Below are positions 1 to 13,275 of a stretch of 64,000 nt of DNA, in pieces. Position 1 is the first letter of the stretch; each line of letters opens with the position of its first letter. Source of the stretch: Utricularia gibba (taxonomy: Eukaryota > Plantae > Magnoliophyta). Position numbers and translations under genes: made by a program. The stretch is from NCBI GenBank assembly GCA_002189035.1, contig NEEC01000012.1, forward strand, positions 1,922,001 through 1,986,000. Direction: 5' to 3'. The notes under the pieces were generated by a model. The model was not told where the DNA came from. It did not search any database and saw only the letters and a program-made list of their open reading frames with translations.

Positions 1-632
1 AGTATAAACTGAACTAGTAAAAAGTTCATGAAAAAAATATGTGGATTTGATTTTAGGATAAGGTGAATTTCAGCGATGAAGCAACATGTGAATCTTCTAG
101 TGATATGAGGTTGTACGTAATGGTTTTGAGTAGATGATAATATGATGATAAGATTTATTGATTTTATGGTTAGTCATTGAAGTGAGTTATTTATCTTAGA
201 TTAGATATTATCTCTTAAAATTGTAAATGTATTATTGATTCTTTATCTTACTTGTGAACGTTGTGTCAATCTATATTGATTGAGATCAATGGTGTATTAA
301 AAAATTGATATTGGATTTTATGTAAGCCAAAGAAGTCTAGCTATCTGGGTGTATCATGATGAACAAATTATGTATTTCTTATTTTTTATATTCGTTAGCA
401 TTATATATATATAAAATAAATAGTTTAATCCAACATCCGGAACATAACATAAAGTTCCAAACTTTTTAACATTTGAAAAATTTGTTCCTAATAAATATGT
501 ATATTATTTATATTTATATATTTATTTACATTTTTTCTAATCAGAAATATTTTGGCATAGTATCATTGGGCCATACTCAATTACACTTGACAATGCCTAT
601 CTAATAAACAATTATATTATAATATAACCATC

Positions 633-1204
633 TGATACGACCCTCCAATCAACAAGTGATTGGCAAACCAGATCTTGGTTGAAAAGAAACAATCCGTCGA
701 GAAAAAAGAAGTTGGCCCTCAAGGATTAAAAGATCCTTGCAACCCAAACTATGAAATGGTACCACACTCACAGAATTAAGGAATAAATTGGGAGTGATAA
801 ACCACACACTAGACACCACAAGTAAGGCTTGATAAGTCTAAGTTCTACAAGAACTCAAGGAAGGAGAATTTGCTCTCAAAAGTGATTATAATCAAAGTTG
901 TCCAAAACAAGAGTAAGGCCCTTCTTATATAGCTGAAGGATTGGGCATTATTGGAGGCAAAGTAGTCATAATAATGTATTTGGTCGTAATGGGCATTCTC
1001 TAATCAAGTTGATCCACTTTCATAATGTTGAATTCCATCCCAAACACCTCATAGCTTGGGTGATTGGCCCATAAGCTCTTAAGCACTTCTTGATTCCTTA
1101 TTGCTCTTGATCTAGTGATTGGCCCAACTGAAATCAATGAAGAATTATTGATCTTGTGTCCTTTGTCTTCATTGGAATAATCAGTAGCATCCATGATCTC
1201 ATCA
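633..1204 (-). repeat. 3' LTR of the CRM element
   Basis: Direct repeat of 6537-7108; 14 substitutions and no indels by hand alignment; PPT lies immediately internal. Confidence 0.96.
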
Positions 1205-4200
1205 TCCCCCCCCCCTTCTTTTAGCAGATTCATCCTTGAATCGTCACTATCTACATCACAAGGAACCAAGTCAGCAATATTGAATGTGGAATGCACCGAA
1301 AACTCACCTGGAAGATCAATCTTATATGCATTATCATTGATTTTCTCAATGACTTGAAAGAGTCCATCTCCTCTAGGTAAAAGCTTTGAATGTCTATTGC
1401 TTGGAAATCTTTCCTTTCGAAAATGTACTCAAACCCAATCTCCTGGTTGTAGAGTAACTTTCTTCCTATGCTTATTTGCTTTAGCTGCATACTCCTTGTT
1501 TTTGGCTTCCAATTGATTTCGAACCTTCTCATGTAGTGTTCTGATGGCTTCTGCTCTCTTAGCACCATCAAAACTACAAAATTCATCAGATGGCAAGGGC
1601 AACAAATCTATAGGAGCACAAGGATTAAAACCATACACAATTTCAAAAGGAGAACAACGAGTAGAAGAGTGTATTGCTCTATTGTATGCAAACTCAACAT
1701 GAGGTAAGCAATCTTCCCATGTTCTAATGTTTTTTTGATGATGGCACGAAGTAGGGTAGCTAGGGTTTGGTTTGTTACCTCGTTTTGTCCATCAGTTTGA
1801 GGATGACAAGTGGTAGAGAAAAGAAGCTTTGTTCCCAACTTACTCCAAAGTGTACGCCAAAAGTGGCTAAGAAACTTCGTGTCACGATCACTTACAATGG
1901 TAAGTGGCATACCATGAAGCCTAACAATCTCCCTGAAGAATAAATCAGCAACATGCGAAGCATCATCAGTCTTGTGACAAGGAATGAAATGTGCCATCTT
2001 GGAGAACCGGTCCACGACTACAAATATTGAATCCTTTCCCTTTTGAGTCCTCGGTAATCCTAAAACAAAATCCATAGAAAGGTCAATCCAAGGATAAAGA
2101 GGAGTAGGAAGAGGAGTGTACAATCCTTGAGAAGTTGATTTTGATTTGGCTTTCTTGCATATCAAACATCTTCCACAGATTTTTTCTACATCTTTTCTCA
2201 TGTGTGGCCAATAGAAGTGTTGTTGAAGCATGTCCAACGTCTTGGTGACCCCAAAATGTCCCATTAGACCACCACCATGAGCTTCTTTCACTAAAAACTC
2301 ACGAATTGAACATTGAGGAATACATAATCTGTTCTTTTTGAAAAGAAAATCATCTTGCCTATGGAAGTTTTCAAGAGATTTATGTTCAAATGAAAGATAA
2401 ATATCTTTAAAATCATGATCAAGACTGTAAAATTCTTTTATTGTTGACAATCCAAGAATTTGAGCATCAAGAGTAGCTAAAAGTGTGTACCTTCGTGACA
2501 ATGCATCTGCAACAATGTTCTCCTTACCTTTCTTGTATTTGATAACATAAGGAAAGGTATCAATGAACTCCATCCATCTTGCATGTCTTCTATTGAGATT
2601 TTTTTGACTCTTGACATGCTTCAAACTTTCATGGTCTGTATGGATAACAAACTCTTTGTGTCAAAGATAGTCTTTCCAAGTTTCAAGTGCTCTTACCAAT
2701 GAGTACAATTCCTTATCATAAGTTGGGTAATTGAGTGTAGCTACACCCAACTTTTCACTGAAATAGGCAATAGGTCGACCTCCTTGTATGAGAACAGCAC
2801 CTATTCCAACTCCAGAAGCATCACATTCAATTTCAAACGTGTTAGAGAAATCAGGTAATGCAAGTAAAGGAGCTGAGCTAAGCTTATCCTTAAATGTCTT
2901 GAAAGCATGTTCTTGTGATTCTCCCCACCAAAATTGAACATTTTTCTTCACAACCTCGTTCAATGGTGCAGCAATTGTGCTGAAATCCTTGACAAAACGA
3001 CGGTAGAAGCTAGCCAATCCATGGAAACTGCGCACTTCTCCAACTGTGGTAGGAGTTGGCCATTCTCTAATTGCTTTCACCTTGTCTTCATCTACTAAAA
3101 TTCCTAAATCACTTACAATATAGCCAAGAAAAGAGATTTTGTTTGTGCAAAAGTCGCACTTTTTGATATTAGCATATTAACACTCTTTTTTCAAGACGAA
3201 CAACACCTCACGTAAATGACATGTATGTTCATCCAGTGTCTTACTATACACAAGAATATCATCAAAGTAAACAACAACAAATCTATCAAGAAAGGGACGC
3301 AATACATGATTCATTAACCTCATGAAAGTACAAGGTGCGTTAGTCAATCCAAAAGGCATAACCAACCATTCATATAAACCAAACTTAGTTTTGAAAGCAG
3401 CCTTCCATTCATCCCCCTTTCTCATCCTAATTTGATGATATCCACTACGCAAATCAATCTTAGAGAAAATGCATGATCCATGTAATTCATCTAACATATC
3501 ATCAAGTCTAGGTATAGGATGACTGTACTTAACCATTATTTGGTTGATGGCTCGACAATCAGTGCACATTCTCTAAGTTCCATCATGATTTGGCACCAAT
3601 AATACTGGAACTGAGCATGGACTCACACTTTCCCTCACCAACCCCTTAGCCATGAGTTCTTCTACTTGGCATTGGATTTCTTTGGTTTCTTCAGGGTTGG
3701 CCCTATAGGCAGCCCGGTTTGGGATTTGAGCACCAGGAACAAGGTCAATTTGATGTTCTATTCCTCGGTATGGAGGTAATCCAGGTAATTTTTCAGGAAA
3801 AACATCATTGAATTCCTGCAAAACAAGTTTAATACAAGTAGGAAGATCCTCTTGTAGGTTAGAGTTGTGTGACAAAGGCTCTTTAAACAAGAGCAAAAGA
3901 AAGGGATTTCTGGCATGTAACACTCTTTTAACATCACTCATTCTTGCAATAAGGCATTCCACTTCTTTTTTTCTCACAACTCCTTCATTCACGTCTTTCT
4001 TTTCACTCTCTTTTTTAGGTGTTCTTTTCCTTTCTCGTGATATCTCTTTTTTCTCCCCCATACTCTCATCCCTCAACTCACCAAAAGATTTGATAGCAGC
4101 AGCAATCTTAACTTGATCTTCGTGTGCGCCTTTTGGAGATAAAGGCACCAATGTGATTGGTTTTCCTTTTATGGAAAAGGAATACTTGTTTGTATATCCA

Positions 4201-5835
4201 TCATGAATCACCTTCCTATCATATTGCCAAGGCCTTCCCAATAGTATGTGTCCAGCATGCATGGGCACTACATCACAAAGAACCTCATCCGCATACTTTC
4301 CAATTTGGAAAGCAACAAGAACTTGCTTATTGATCTTTACTTCACTCCCTTCGTTCAACCATTGAAGCTTGTAGGGATTTGGATGTTTAAGAGTAGGAAG
4401 ATGGAGTTTATCCACCATGAGAATACTAGCTACGTTTGTGCAACTGCCTCCATCGATGATTAGGCTGCAAACTTTTCCTTTCACAAAACAACGTGTATGG
4501 AATAAGTTTTCACGTTGCTCCTCCATTGGCTTAGCATCCATGGCTAAAGTTCTCTTGTTACCAAACTTTCACCAATGACATGTTGTTGTTCCCCATCATC
4601 TATCTCTTGTACTTCACTTCCACCTTCACTCTCAACTTCAGATTCAACATCTCCAGAATCCCTTAGAATCATGGTCCTCTTGTTTGGGCATTCCGAAGCA
4701 ATATGACCATGGCCAAGACATTTGAAACACTTGATATTTCGTGTTGGTCCAGAAGACTTAAATACTCTTTCCTGTTTTTGAGTATCTTGAGTGCCCTCTT
4801 TCATCGGTCCAAACTTGGTTGATTTCCCAAATGAAGGATAATTGGGTTTCTTCTCCTTACTTCCAGCAACATTCCACGAGGTAGTAGGTTTTGGATGGTC
4901 TCTATGTTGTCCCTTAGACCTAAGTTGCTTCTCAATCTTTATTGCAACGTGCAACATGTCTTCAATCTCCACATAGTGTTGCAACTTGACCACTTGAGAG
5001 ATTTCCTTGTTTAAACCATAGAGGAATCTTGCCATTGTAGCTTCCCTATCCTCTGTTATATTGTCTCGAATCATTAACACCTCCATTTCTTGCCAATATT
5101 CTTCCACGGTTTTGCTCCATTGGGTGAGCTTCTGTGGTAGTGGCTGGGAATGAACCTTTTTCTCATGATCCTCTTCATTTCAAGCCAAGTTCGAATTGGT
5201 TCTTCATCATTTCGTCTTCTATTGAGTACTATTTTGTCCCACCAAGTTATGGCATAATCTGTGAACTCAACAACAGCAAGCTTAATCTTCTTGGCTTCAG
5301 AATAGTTATGGCAATCAAACACGTGCTCCACACGAGTTTCCCACTCCAAGTAGGCATTTGGATCGTTTTTTCCTTGAAAAAAAGGGATTTTCATCTTGAT
5401 GTTTTCAAATTCCTTGGGTTCACGTGTGTGTCTACCTCTTGGTCTTTCATCATATCTCACACCACGTTTTGGCCTCCAATTTCTTTGAGATCTTTGTTCT
5501 ATATCATCACCACCAGATGAATCATACTCATCAGAGCTGTTTTTATTGTTTCTCCTTTGTTCACCATGCCTTGCCTCTTCAGCCTCAGATTCCGAATCTT
5601 TTTCTAGTTGAGAATTCTTTCTGCTATGATGTGTTGGAACTCTTGTTCTTCCATGAGAAACGCTGTCCTCTTCTTGCTTTTTGATGTTTTTGAGAGATTC
5701 ATCATGTTCCTCTAGTTTGAGGTGGATTTGCTCCATGCATCTCTGCAGTCTCCTAAATTCACTTTGCATTGCATTAAGTACGAAACGAACATCCATAGCA
5801 CCTGATTCTTCTGCAGGGTTGTTAGAGCTTGACAT
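1000..5835 (-). pseudogene. gag-pol polyprotein of the CRM element, broken into fragments
   Basis: Gag (KMKIPFFQGKNDPNAYLEWE; zinc knuckle [14 protein letters not shown]), protease (LIIDGGSC), RT ([26 protein letters not shown]), RNase H ([14 protein letters not shown]), integrase (HxxGxxGH...C..C, SMDFV, SDRD, DGQNE), C-terminal HSTFNIADL...GPITRSRA. Interrupted by in-frame stops and frameshifts. Confidence 0.95.
1205..1222 (-). other. Polypurine tract (PPT)
   Basis: Minus strand AAAAGAAGGGGGGGGGGA directly precedes the TGATGAGATC start of the 3' LTR. Confidence 0.9.
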
Positions 5836-6520
5836 TCTACTATAAAAGGAAGGAAAGAAAACAATGAAAGGAGGATAGAAGTAAAAGAAGAAGGAGAGAA
5901 TTTCCAAACCTCAAATCCTCTTGAACCTTAAAATTCAATAAACCTTAAATGATCAATCTAAGTGTGGTTCAAAGGGATAAGGATGGCTAGGATAATGAGT
6001 GAGATAAAGCAAATGAACAATATAGGATTCGGTGATGGTAATAGTAATTATGATTAGGTAAGAGTAAAAATGGAAAGATAGAGTGTAACTTGTTGTGTCT
6101 AGCACAAAAGAGGTAGGTAGACAATTGAAAAGAATTAAAAGGTAATATAAGTGTGACAATAGACAAAGTTGTACAATATTGACTTTTCTTTTGTTTGGTA
6201 AGCAGAAGATTGAATGGATTCAAATGACTAACTCCTTTTTTTTTACTTTTCTAGTGTGTGAAAAGTTGAAAATTCAATGAATTCGGCAGCTAACCTTCTT
6301 TCTCCCTTCAACACGTTTTTTTTTTCTTTTTGCAGCAATCCAAAAGAAAAGGATGGAAGAAACAAAGATAAGAAACCCCCCTTGGTTTTTCTTTTCAGAA
6401 GAAGAGATGAGCAAAAGACAAGATAACCAAATCAAGATAGATCTGGATTAGTTTCTTTTTTTTTTTTTTTCTTAGAATGAAACCACAACAAGATAGATAG
6501 TATATGAAGAAGAGAAAGAT

Positions 6521-6534
6521 TGGCTCTGATACCA
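6521..6534 (-). other. Primer-binding site, initiator tRNA-Met type
   Basis: TGGTATCAGAGCCA on the minus strand, 2 nt inside the 5' LTR. Confidence 0.93.
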
Positions 6535-6536
6535 CC

Positions 6537-7108
6537 TGATACGAGCCTCCAATCAACAAGTGATTGGCAAACCAGATCTTGGTTGAAAAGAAACAATCCG
6601 TCGAGAAAAAAGAAGTTGGCTCTCAAGGATTAAAAGATCCTTGCAACCCAAACTATGAAATGGTACCACACTCACAGAATTAAGGAAGAAATTGGGAGTG
6701 ATAAACCACACACTAGACACCACAAGCAAGACTTGATAAGTCTAAGTTCTACAAGAACTCAAGGAAGGAGAATTTGCTCTCAAAAGTGATTATAATCAAA
6801 GTTGTTCAAAACAAGAGTAAGGCCCTTCTTATATAGCTGAAAGATTGGGCCTTATTGGAGGCAAAGTAGTCATAATAATGTATTTGGTCATAATGGGCAT
6901 TCTCTAATCAAGTTGATCCACTTTGATAATGTTGAATTCCATCCCAAACACCTCATAGCTTGGGTGATTGACTCATAAGCTCTTAAGCACTTCTTGATTC
7001 CTTATTGCTCTTGATCTAGTGATTGACCCAACTGAAATCAATGGAGAATTATTGATCTTGTGTCCTTTGTCTTCATTGGAATAATCAGTAGCATCCATGA
7101 TCTCATCA
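6537..7108 (-). repeat. 5' LTR of the CRM element
   Basis: Copy of 633-1204; followed on the minus strand by the PBS. Confidence 0.96.
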
Positions 7109-8289
7109 CCATCAATTACACATTTCACCATATACATCAACCAAAATAATATATAATATAACCACCAACAACACCTTCACCATATCCATCAACCAAAATA
7201 ATATTTTGAAACATATCAATATCATCATCAAATAACATGTAATATTTTTTCCATCTCATCAATTGAAAGTTAGATATTTTGAAAATATTTTCATCCTGTT
7301 CCTTATCCCAAAATTTCCATATAGATTTGATTATGTTGATCGCCCTGTAGAGTTTAATGAACAATTTACAAGTTAATAACATTAAAATATGACTAATAAA
7401 TTAAATTTGCAAAAAAAAAAATGACAAGAGAAATGAATACATAGATCAAAACTTAAAATAAAAATAAAAATAAAAATAATAGTTATCAAAATTAACACCT
7501 TTTACAAATCAACTCGAAAATAAATTATTAAACGTAAAATAATAAATTAAGATTCAAAAATAAATCTTCTTTTATTATATAATAATTATTTTAAAACATA
7601 ACCAAAATTCACGCGCTCAACACGGGTGAGTCTCTTGAGCGTGGTCCAGTCGAAGGTGGATTTGATGAAGGCGAAACTGGAGAAGATGGAGGTGAAGTGC
7701 CGTGAAGTGGTGAAGTGTGGTGAACATGACATTTAATGAGTGTTTTCGAAAATTTTTAAAAGCTATTTTTATTTTTTAAAAGTAAAATTAATTTTATTTT
7801 AGAACACTTTTAATTGTAAAAGTAATTCTATCAAAAATATTTTTAAAATTATAACTATAAAAATTATTTTTTAAAAAATAAATAGTTGGTTACTTTTACT
7901 TTTCATTTTTACTTTTCAAAAATAATTTTGAAAAGTAAAAACAGATTTCAAAAATTTTTCAAAACACTAATTTAATGTTTTTTCTGTTTTTGGTTGACAC
8001 ATGTGGTCACGTATAAGTTTTTTGCACAAAACATTTTGTGGTTGTTTTGCAACTATTGATAGTTGTTTTTCATTTTTGGATGAATAAAGAAGTGCTGTGA
8101 ATTTTTTTTCCTCAATCCATGCTAGTAGATATGAATTAATATTAGTTAGAATTACTAAGATTTAAAATTGAGTTTAATGTTATCCCCGATTTAGATAAAA
8201 ATGAGTTTAGAAATATTGTTTATTTAAACCATCGTTTATATTATAGCTTGTTTAATAGATAACATACAATTTATTTTAAACATACAATG

Positions 8290-9717
8290 CTAGATCTGCA
8301 TCAAATGAAGGTTTCTATGACAAATCTCAGCAGAGTCTTGAGAGTCTAGATTGATGAGCTTCTTCTCCAGGAGGTTATCAATGGTGTCCTTCACACTCTC
8401 CTCAAGGCTAGTGAATTGAACACCCAGCGCCTTCGCTTTCTCATTCGACACTTGGACGAGAGGCTTCTCCAGTTGACCTGCAACCAAGCTGCACAACACA
8501 GACTAGAGCTCATGGGATCCTTAACGTTATCGCTCTGTACTCCTGTTTATCAGACAATCAATCACCTTGGTTGCCGGCCGAGGAGAGCAGGGTAGCGCCG
8601 GTGTATGATTTTCAGAATGTCAAAGGCGGCGACCACCTCTTGCACCAGACAGTAACGACCCTCGGCGGAGGATTTCTCCATTGCCAAGATATGCGCCTCC
8701 GCCACGTCTCTGACGTCGACGAACACCACTTGCCCCATGTGCATTCCATACTGTTCCCCCTTCCCTGCATCCTACCAAGAGTAAGAACCAGTACTGGGAG
8801 CTCGGAGAATGCAAGCCACCATTAGCATACCTTGCCGGATCAAGAAGAGGAAGGAGCCGGAGGAAAAATTGATGCTTGGTTGAAGGAGAGGACCGATGGT
8901 CAGTCCTGGATTTATTGTCACCAAGTCGAAGCCTTTTCCCTGCACGAATTTCATGGCTGCATCCTCTGCCAACGTTTTGGACAGCAAGTACCATTGCTGT
9001 CATGTAAGGAAGATGGAGCCAGCAATTCAGTAGCCTAAGTTCAGTTTGCATAAGCTAACCTGAGAGAGTAATAGACCATATATACCTCATTTTCTCTGCA
9101 GAATTCAGGGTCGGAGAACCAGGATTCATCAACTGTGCACCCCCCGGCAACGGCCTTTTTGCTAGCTAGAACTGAGGCCACTGAAGATGTGAAGACGACT
9201 CTTTTAATGGATGGCACCTTGGCACACGAACGGAGAACATTTAGTGTTCCCTCAACCGCCGGCTCTATGATTTCCTTCTGTAAATTTCACAATATGACCG
9301 TGTAGAGAGTCTTTTGGGATGAATAAGTGCAACAAGAACAGGAGAAATGGCGATGTGGGGGTAGACAGGACCTGCGGATCAATAATGTTTTCGAACATGA
9401 TGGGAGAAGCAGTGTGGAAAACAACATGACAGCCCCTGACAGCAGCATCAAAAGAGCCTTGCTCAACCAAGTCCGCCTGGAACAAGACCAGCCTTTCTTC
9501 AGCACCTTCAAGTGCTTTCAAGTGGTCAACCTTTCTCTTATCCCCTGTCAAGGCAGCAAGAAATGATCAGAAACGAGGTGGGATCGGAGAGGTGGAACCA
9601 GCGATTACCGATGTCGCGGACCGTCGCGTTTACAGTGTAACCACGCTGAAGCAGAAGCTTGACAAGCCACGATGCTATGAAACCAGAGGCACCCGTCACA
9701 CAAACCACCGTACCCAT
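8290..9717 (-). CDS. Cinnamoyl-CoA reductase-like / phenylacetaldehyde-reductase-type extended SDR (NAD(P)-binding Rossmann), about 345 aa
   Basis: 6 exons with GT-AG boundaries in phase: 9717-9609, 9544-9372, 9277-9086, 8996-8831, 8764-8566, 8488-8290. Motifs [50 protein letters not shown]. Lacks the true-CCR NWYCYGK motif. Confidence 0.92.
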
Positions 9718-10129
9718 TTTCGATTCGAAGCTTCTGCGGACCGTTCCTTGAGTCTGCCCTACTTTTTGTACCGGTGTCTCCGAAGATGACACATCATTCA
9801 AAGTGAAAAGGGACGGACACAAGTCATCGTGACGGGAAAAATCGTAGGCCACTCTTCACATTTGTGGTTGATAGAGTGTCCAATCGTGTGCCCGGTCCCC
9901 CATTTCGGAAGGAGTAGAGTGGAAGTAACTTCCACCTGCCGCCTGCGCATCTCCTTCATCGACACCTCACAACATGCGATTAACACTTGTTTTATTTTTT
10001 AATATGATTGTAGTTAATATTTACGTCAGAAATCGATGTAATTTTTATCATCTACATTCAATATATTTCCTTGTTTTTTTTTAATTCGAATTGATACCAA
10101 AACTAAACTTATATTGGGCACACAAGTCA

Positions 10130-10330
10130 TGCCATGAGTCAAACGCTTTGATACCAAATTTAAATTTAGTATTCCATAGATCGAATGAACGCACGTATGA
10201 AATTTAAGTACACAAAAAACATAAATTACATTAAAAAAAATTAGACTCAATTAATTACTAATGATTCATAATTTATTACATACTTGATTATATCATTTTA
10301 ATTTTTTCGATATATAATTGTACATTCTAA
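10130..10330. repeat. Dispersed AT-rich non-autonomous element; related copies at about 13465-13653, 13840-14024 and 36830-36982
   Basis: All copies share a ...gaacacatatgaaa(c/t)ttaagta(c/t)ac...-like core and end in ...ATTCTAACA; the other end and TSDs could not be resolved. Confidence 0.55.
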
Positions 10331-12455
10331 CAAAGACCAATGCGCATCTACTTCATATGCCTCCTCTGATGGAAACGAGGACCACAATTCGCCAAACAGC
10401 ACTGAAATTAAAGCTCTGGAGGGGTGGGTCGTCAAGATCGCATTCCATGAGATGGACGGAGCATCGCCCTGGTCTTCACCTTCTTCATCTTCCCCAGCTC
10501 CACCTCGTGGTATTTTAAAATGCCTCAGTAGAGAAAATTGTTGATATATAGTTTTTACAAATATTAATTTTGTGAAATACCATGAAGCGATTTGTGAAAT
10601 AAATCTTGTCAACATATTTTTTATTTTAAATTTATATTATATGTCATTTGATTCTTATATATTATTTGAATTAAGTTCATTTTTTTTATTTTAAATTTAT
10701 ATTATATATCATGTAATTTTTAATTATTATTTATATGAGTTACATATTCTCTTTATTTTAAATTTATATTACGTATTATTTAATTGTTTAAAATATTTTG
10801 GATCAAATGTTTATTTGTTATATATTTAACTAATTATATTATAAGAAGTAAATGATATCTAAGAAGTCAATGATATAATTCTAATAAAATAACAAAAAGT
10901 ATTTCATAAACTACATCAAAATTAAAATATATCACCAACTACACCTGCTCCATTGTCGTCATCCCATAAAATAGATAGACACGTGGACGGTGCAGACGCA
11001 CTGCAATGTGGGTCCAATTTGTTTTTTTAGAGGGCCTGGGCCAATGGACCCAAAAGAGACATGAACGGGTGATCCCACTGGATTTTTTCATGTTGATTCC
11101 CATTGGAACAACTGCACACCTCAGGTTAAAAATGAGAAATGGGGATTCAGTCTACAGGCGCGTAAGATATAGAGAAGAATTTCAATTGCAAATGTTTTCT
11201 GACTTTCAGGTTATCTACTAATGTGATACATTTGCTTAAACTGCGTCAAAGCAAACGAACTTTTTCTGATGCTTGCATTTGAGTGCCGTATTTCTTTTTT
11301 GTGTGTGGAATGGAGTGATTTGGTAATAGAATTCATCCTCTCATCAGACATTTGTCTTGTAAAAGGGTAATCAATTTTTGAGATGGTTTATGTGTTTGCA
11401 GTGTGGGACAATGGTGTATATTTTCTTGGCACGTTTTCTCGACTGCTGGCACATTGTCTCCATTGCCAGAAGAAGTCGGTTGTTTTCATGAAAAGGTTGG
11501 CGTTCTCATGTTGGATTTTCTACATTATCTCCATTTGCATAAGCAATAGTGTTATATTTTAGCATATAGTTAAAAAGTCTTAAAAAAAGAAAGATCTAAG
11601 AATAGCTCGACATGAATTGTGTTTGATTCAAAATAACTTTTTGTTTGTGTGGTATTAATGCAAAACAAAGATAACATCAAATTTTATGTGAAAATCTCAA
11701 AGGAAAAAAAATATCGGTGAAATATCACTCAAAAATGAATGAATTCAATGAAATCCAATTACAATTACAAGTCACACTCATAAACTTAAATCACACATTC
11801 TAATTTTAGAATTCAACCTCTTATATCTTGTAAAGTAAGTTTAGTTCTCTAATGAAAAAGATGTAGCTGAACATCGACATATCAGCTACAGGATTGTTGA
11901 CAAATAGAAAACAATCAAATCGTTTGATTGCTTATCTTAAACATGAGTCACATTTGATGAATTGAAATGAAAATAAATGACATCAACTATAAAAATAATC
12001 TCACTTGATCTCTCATCAATATTTCAACAAATAGTTATCTTCATGAATTCCAACATCAAAAAGGTTGGGGTTTTCTCCTACTTCTGTTAATGTTCAACAA
12101 GATCTTTATCTTGCTTCTTTGAATTTGCTGCACTTGGTAGGAAATAAGAAGAAGAACAAGCAAGGTTGGAATCAGTTTGCTAATTTCATTTTTGATCGGA
12201 GAGTGACTATATCAAGATCTCTATTGCATAATCATGCTCAACATCACAAGTAGATCTTTCGGTGTTAAACAAGTACATGGCTTGTGGATGAGGTCCTGCA
12301 GTATTTCAAATCCATGAACACTGCGTATCACATTCAACCAGATCAAGAGATATACAATTGTCTTGTAGTCTTGTTGGGTTTTGCTAGTCGAGCCAACGAA
12401 GCATATCAGGTGATCGAAGCCATGCCATTTATGCCTGATGAATCCGTATGGGGAG

Positions 12456-13275
12456 TGTTAGGAGGAGACAACCCGATGAGATAGAAGAAGAAACAACTCC
12501 TGCACCCCAAGCCGAAAGGAGAAGGTTGAAATACCATTTATACCTGATAAAAAAATCGTTTTTTAATTCAACATGTTTAATTCATTTTTATTTTACAGTG
12601 TAATACTTTAATTTGTGTAAAATCCAATTAAAAAGTTTACAAACAAATTCATTTTATGACATTTCGTCCAAAAACTCATTGTAATTAACTGGCACAAATA
12701 TTACTTTCTTTTTTATTAAATAATTATGTATTCTTTTGAAATAAATCATAAAAATTTTTAAATTATATTATAAGTGAATATTAAAAGCATTAAAAATTGA
12801 GAAAATTCACTTGAAATATAATTTTTTTTAAAGTAATACATAATTACTTAACTAAAAAAAGAAAGTAAACCAAATTATATTTGTGACAGTTAATTTTGAC
12901 AAGTTTTTTTATCGGAATACCATAAAATGAGTTCACTAATAAACTTTTTAATTGAATTTTACACAATTTAAAGTGTTCAATTGAAAAATGAATGTACCTA
13001 ATGACTTAAAAAGCAATTTTTTCTTAAATATTATAATATTTATTTTTACCTTTTGTAAGGATTGCTATTTTAAAATAGATGCAAATCTAGTAGGAGGAGC
13101 GGAGCACCTTGAATCTTGTGTTTTGCTGAGTTCTTCTCCCGGTTCAGGATAGGCCGAAGGAAGAAACCTTCTTTGCTGGAAAATGCCATCTCAATGCCTT
13201 TTCTGATATTCCACAACAAGCAACAAACTGGGCTAAATCAACCTCGAACCAGGTCTCAAACAAGCGACATACACA
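12456..13275. mobile_element. Solo LTR (820 bp) inserted in the PPR pseudogene exon
   Basis: Starts TGTTAG, ends ACACA; perfect 5-bp TSD GGGAG at 12451-12455 and 13276-13280; removing it restores the VWGA(L/F)LGAC codons. Confidence 0.85.
12525..13055. mobile_element. AT-rich foldback / Mutator-like MITE nested in the solo LTR; another arm at about 23700-23830
   Basis: Long imperfect inverted repeats, e.g. tgtgtaaaatccaattaaaaagttta (~12614) versus taaactttttaattgaattttacaca (~12940); boundaries approximate; no TSD found. Confidence 0.55.

Larger units (their letters stand above)
633..7108 (-). mobile_element. Full-length Ty3/gypsy LTR retrotransposon, CRM (centromeric chromovirus) type, inactivated by stops and frameshifts
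   Basis: Two 572-bp LTRs (633-1204, 6537-7108) with TG...CA ends; 5-bp TSD CCATC at 628-632 and 7109-7113; tRNA-Met PBS and a PPT; gag-PR-RT-RH-INT order on the minus strand; the integrase tail reads into the 3' LTR and carries GPITRSRA (CR-motif-like). Confidence 0.96.

Noticed and set aside
11630-12060. Possible copia solo LTR (ttttatgtgaaaatctc...aaaaaatatcgg motif, CCAACA end)
   Set aside because: Could not define a 5' end or TSD; too uncertain to call.
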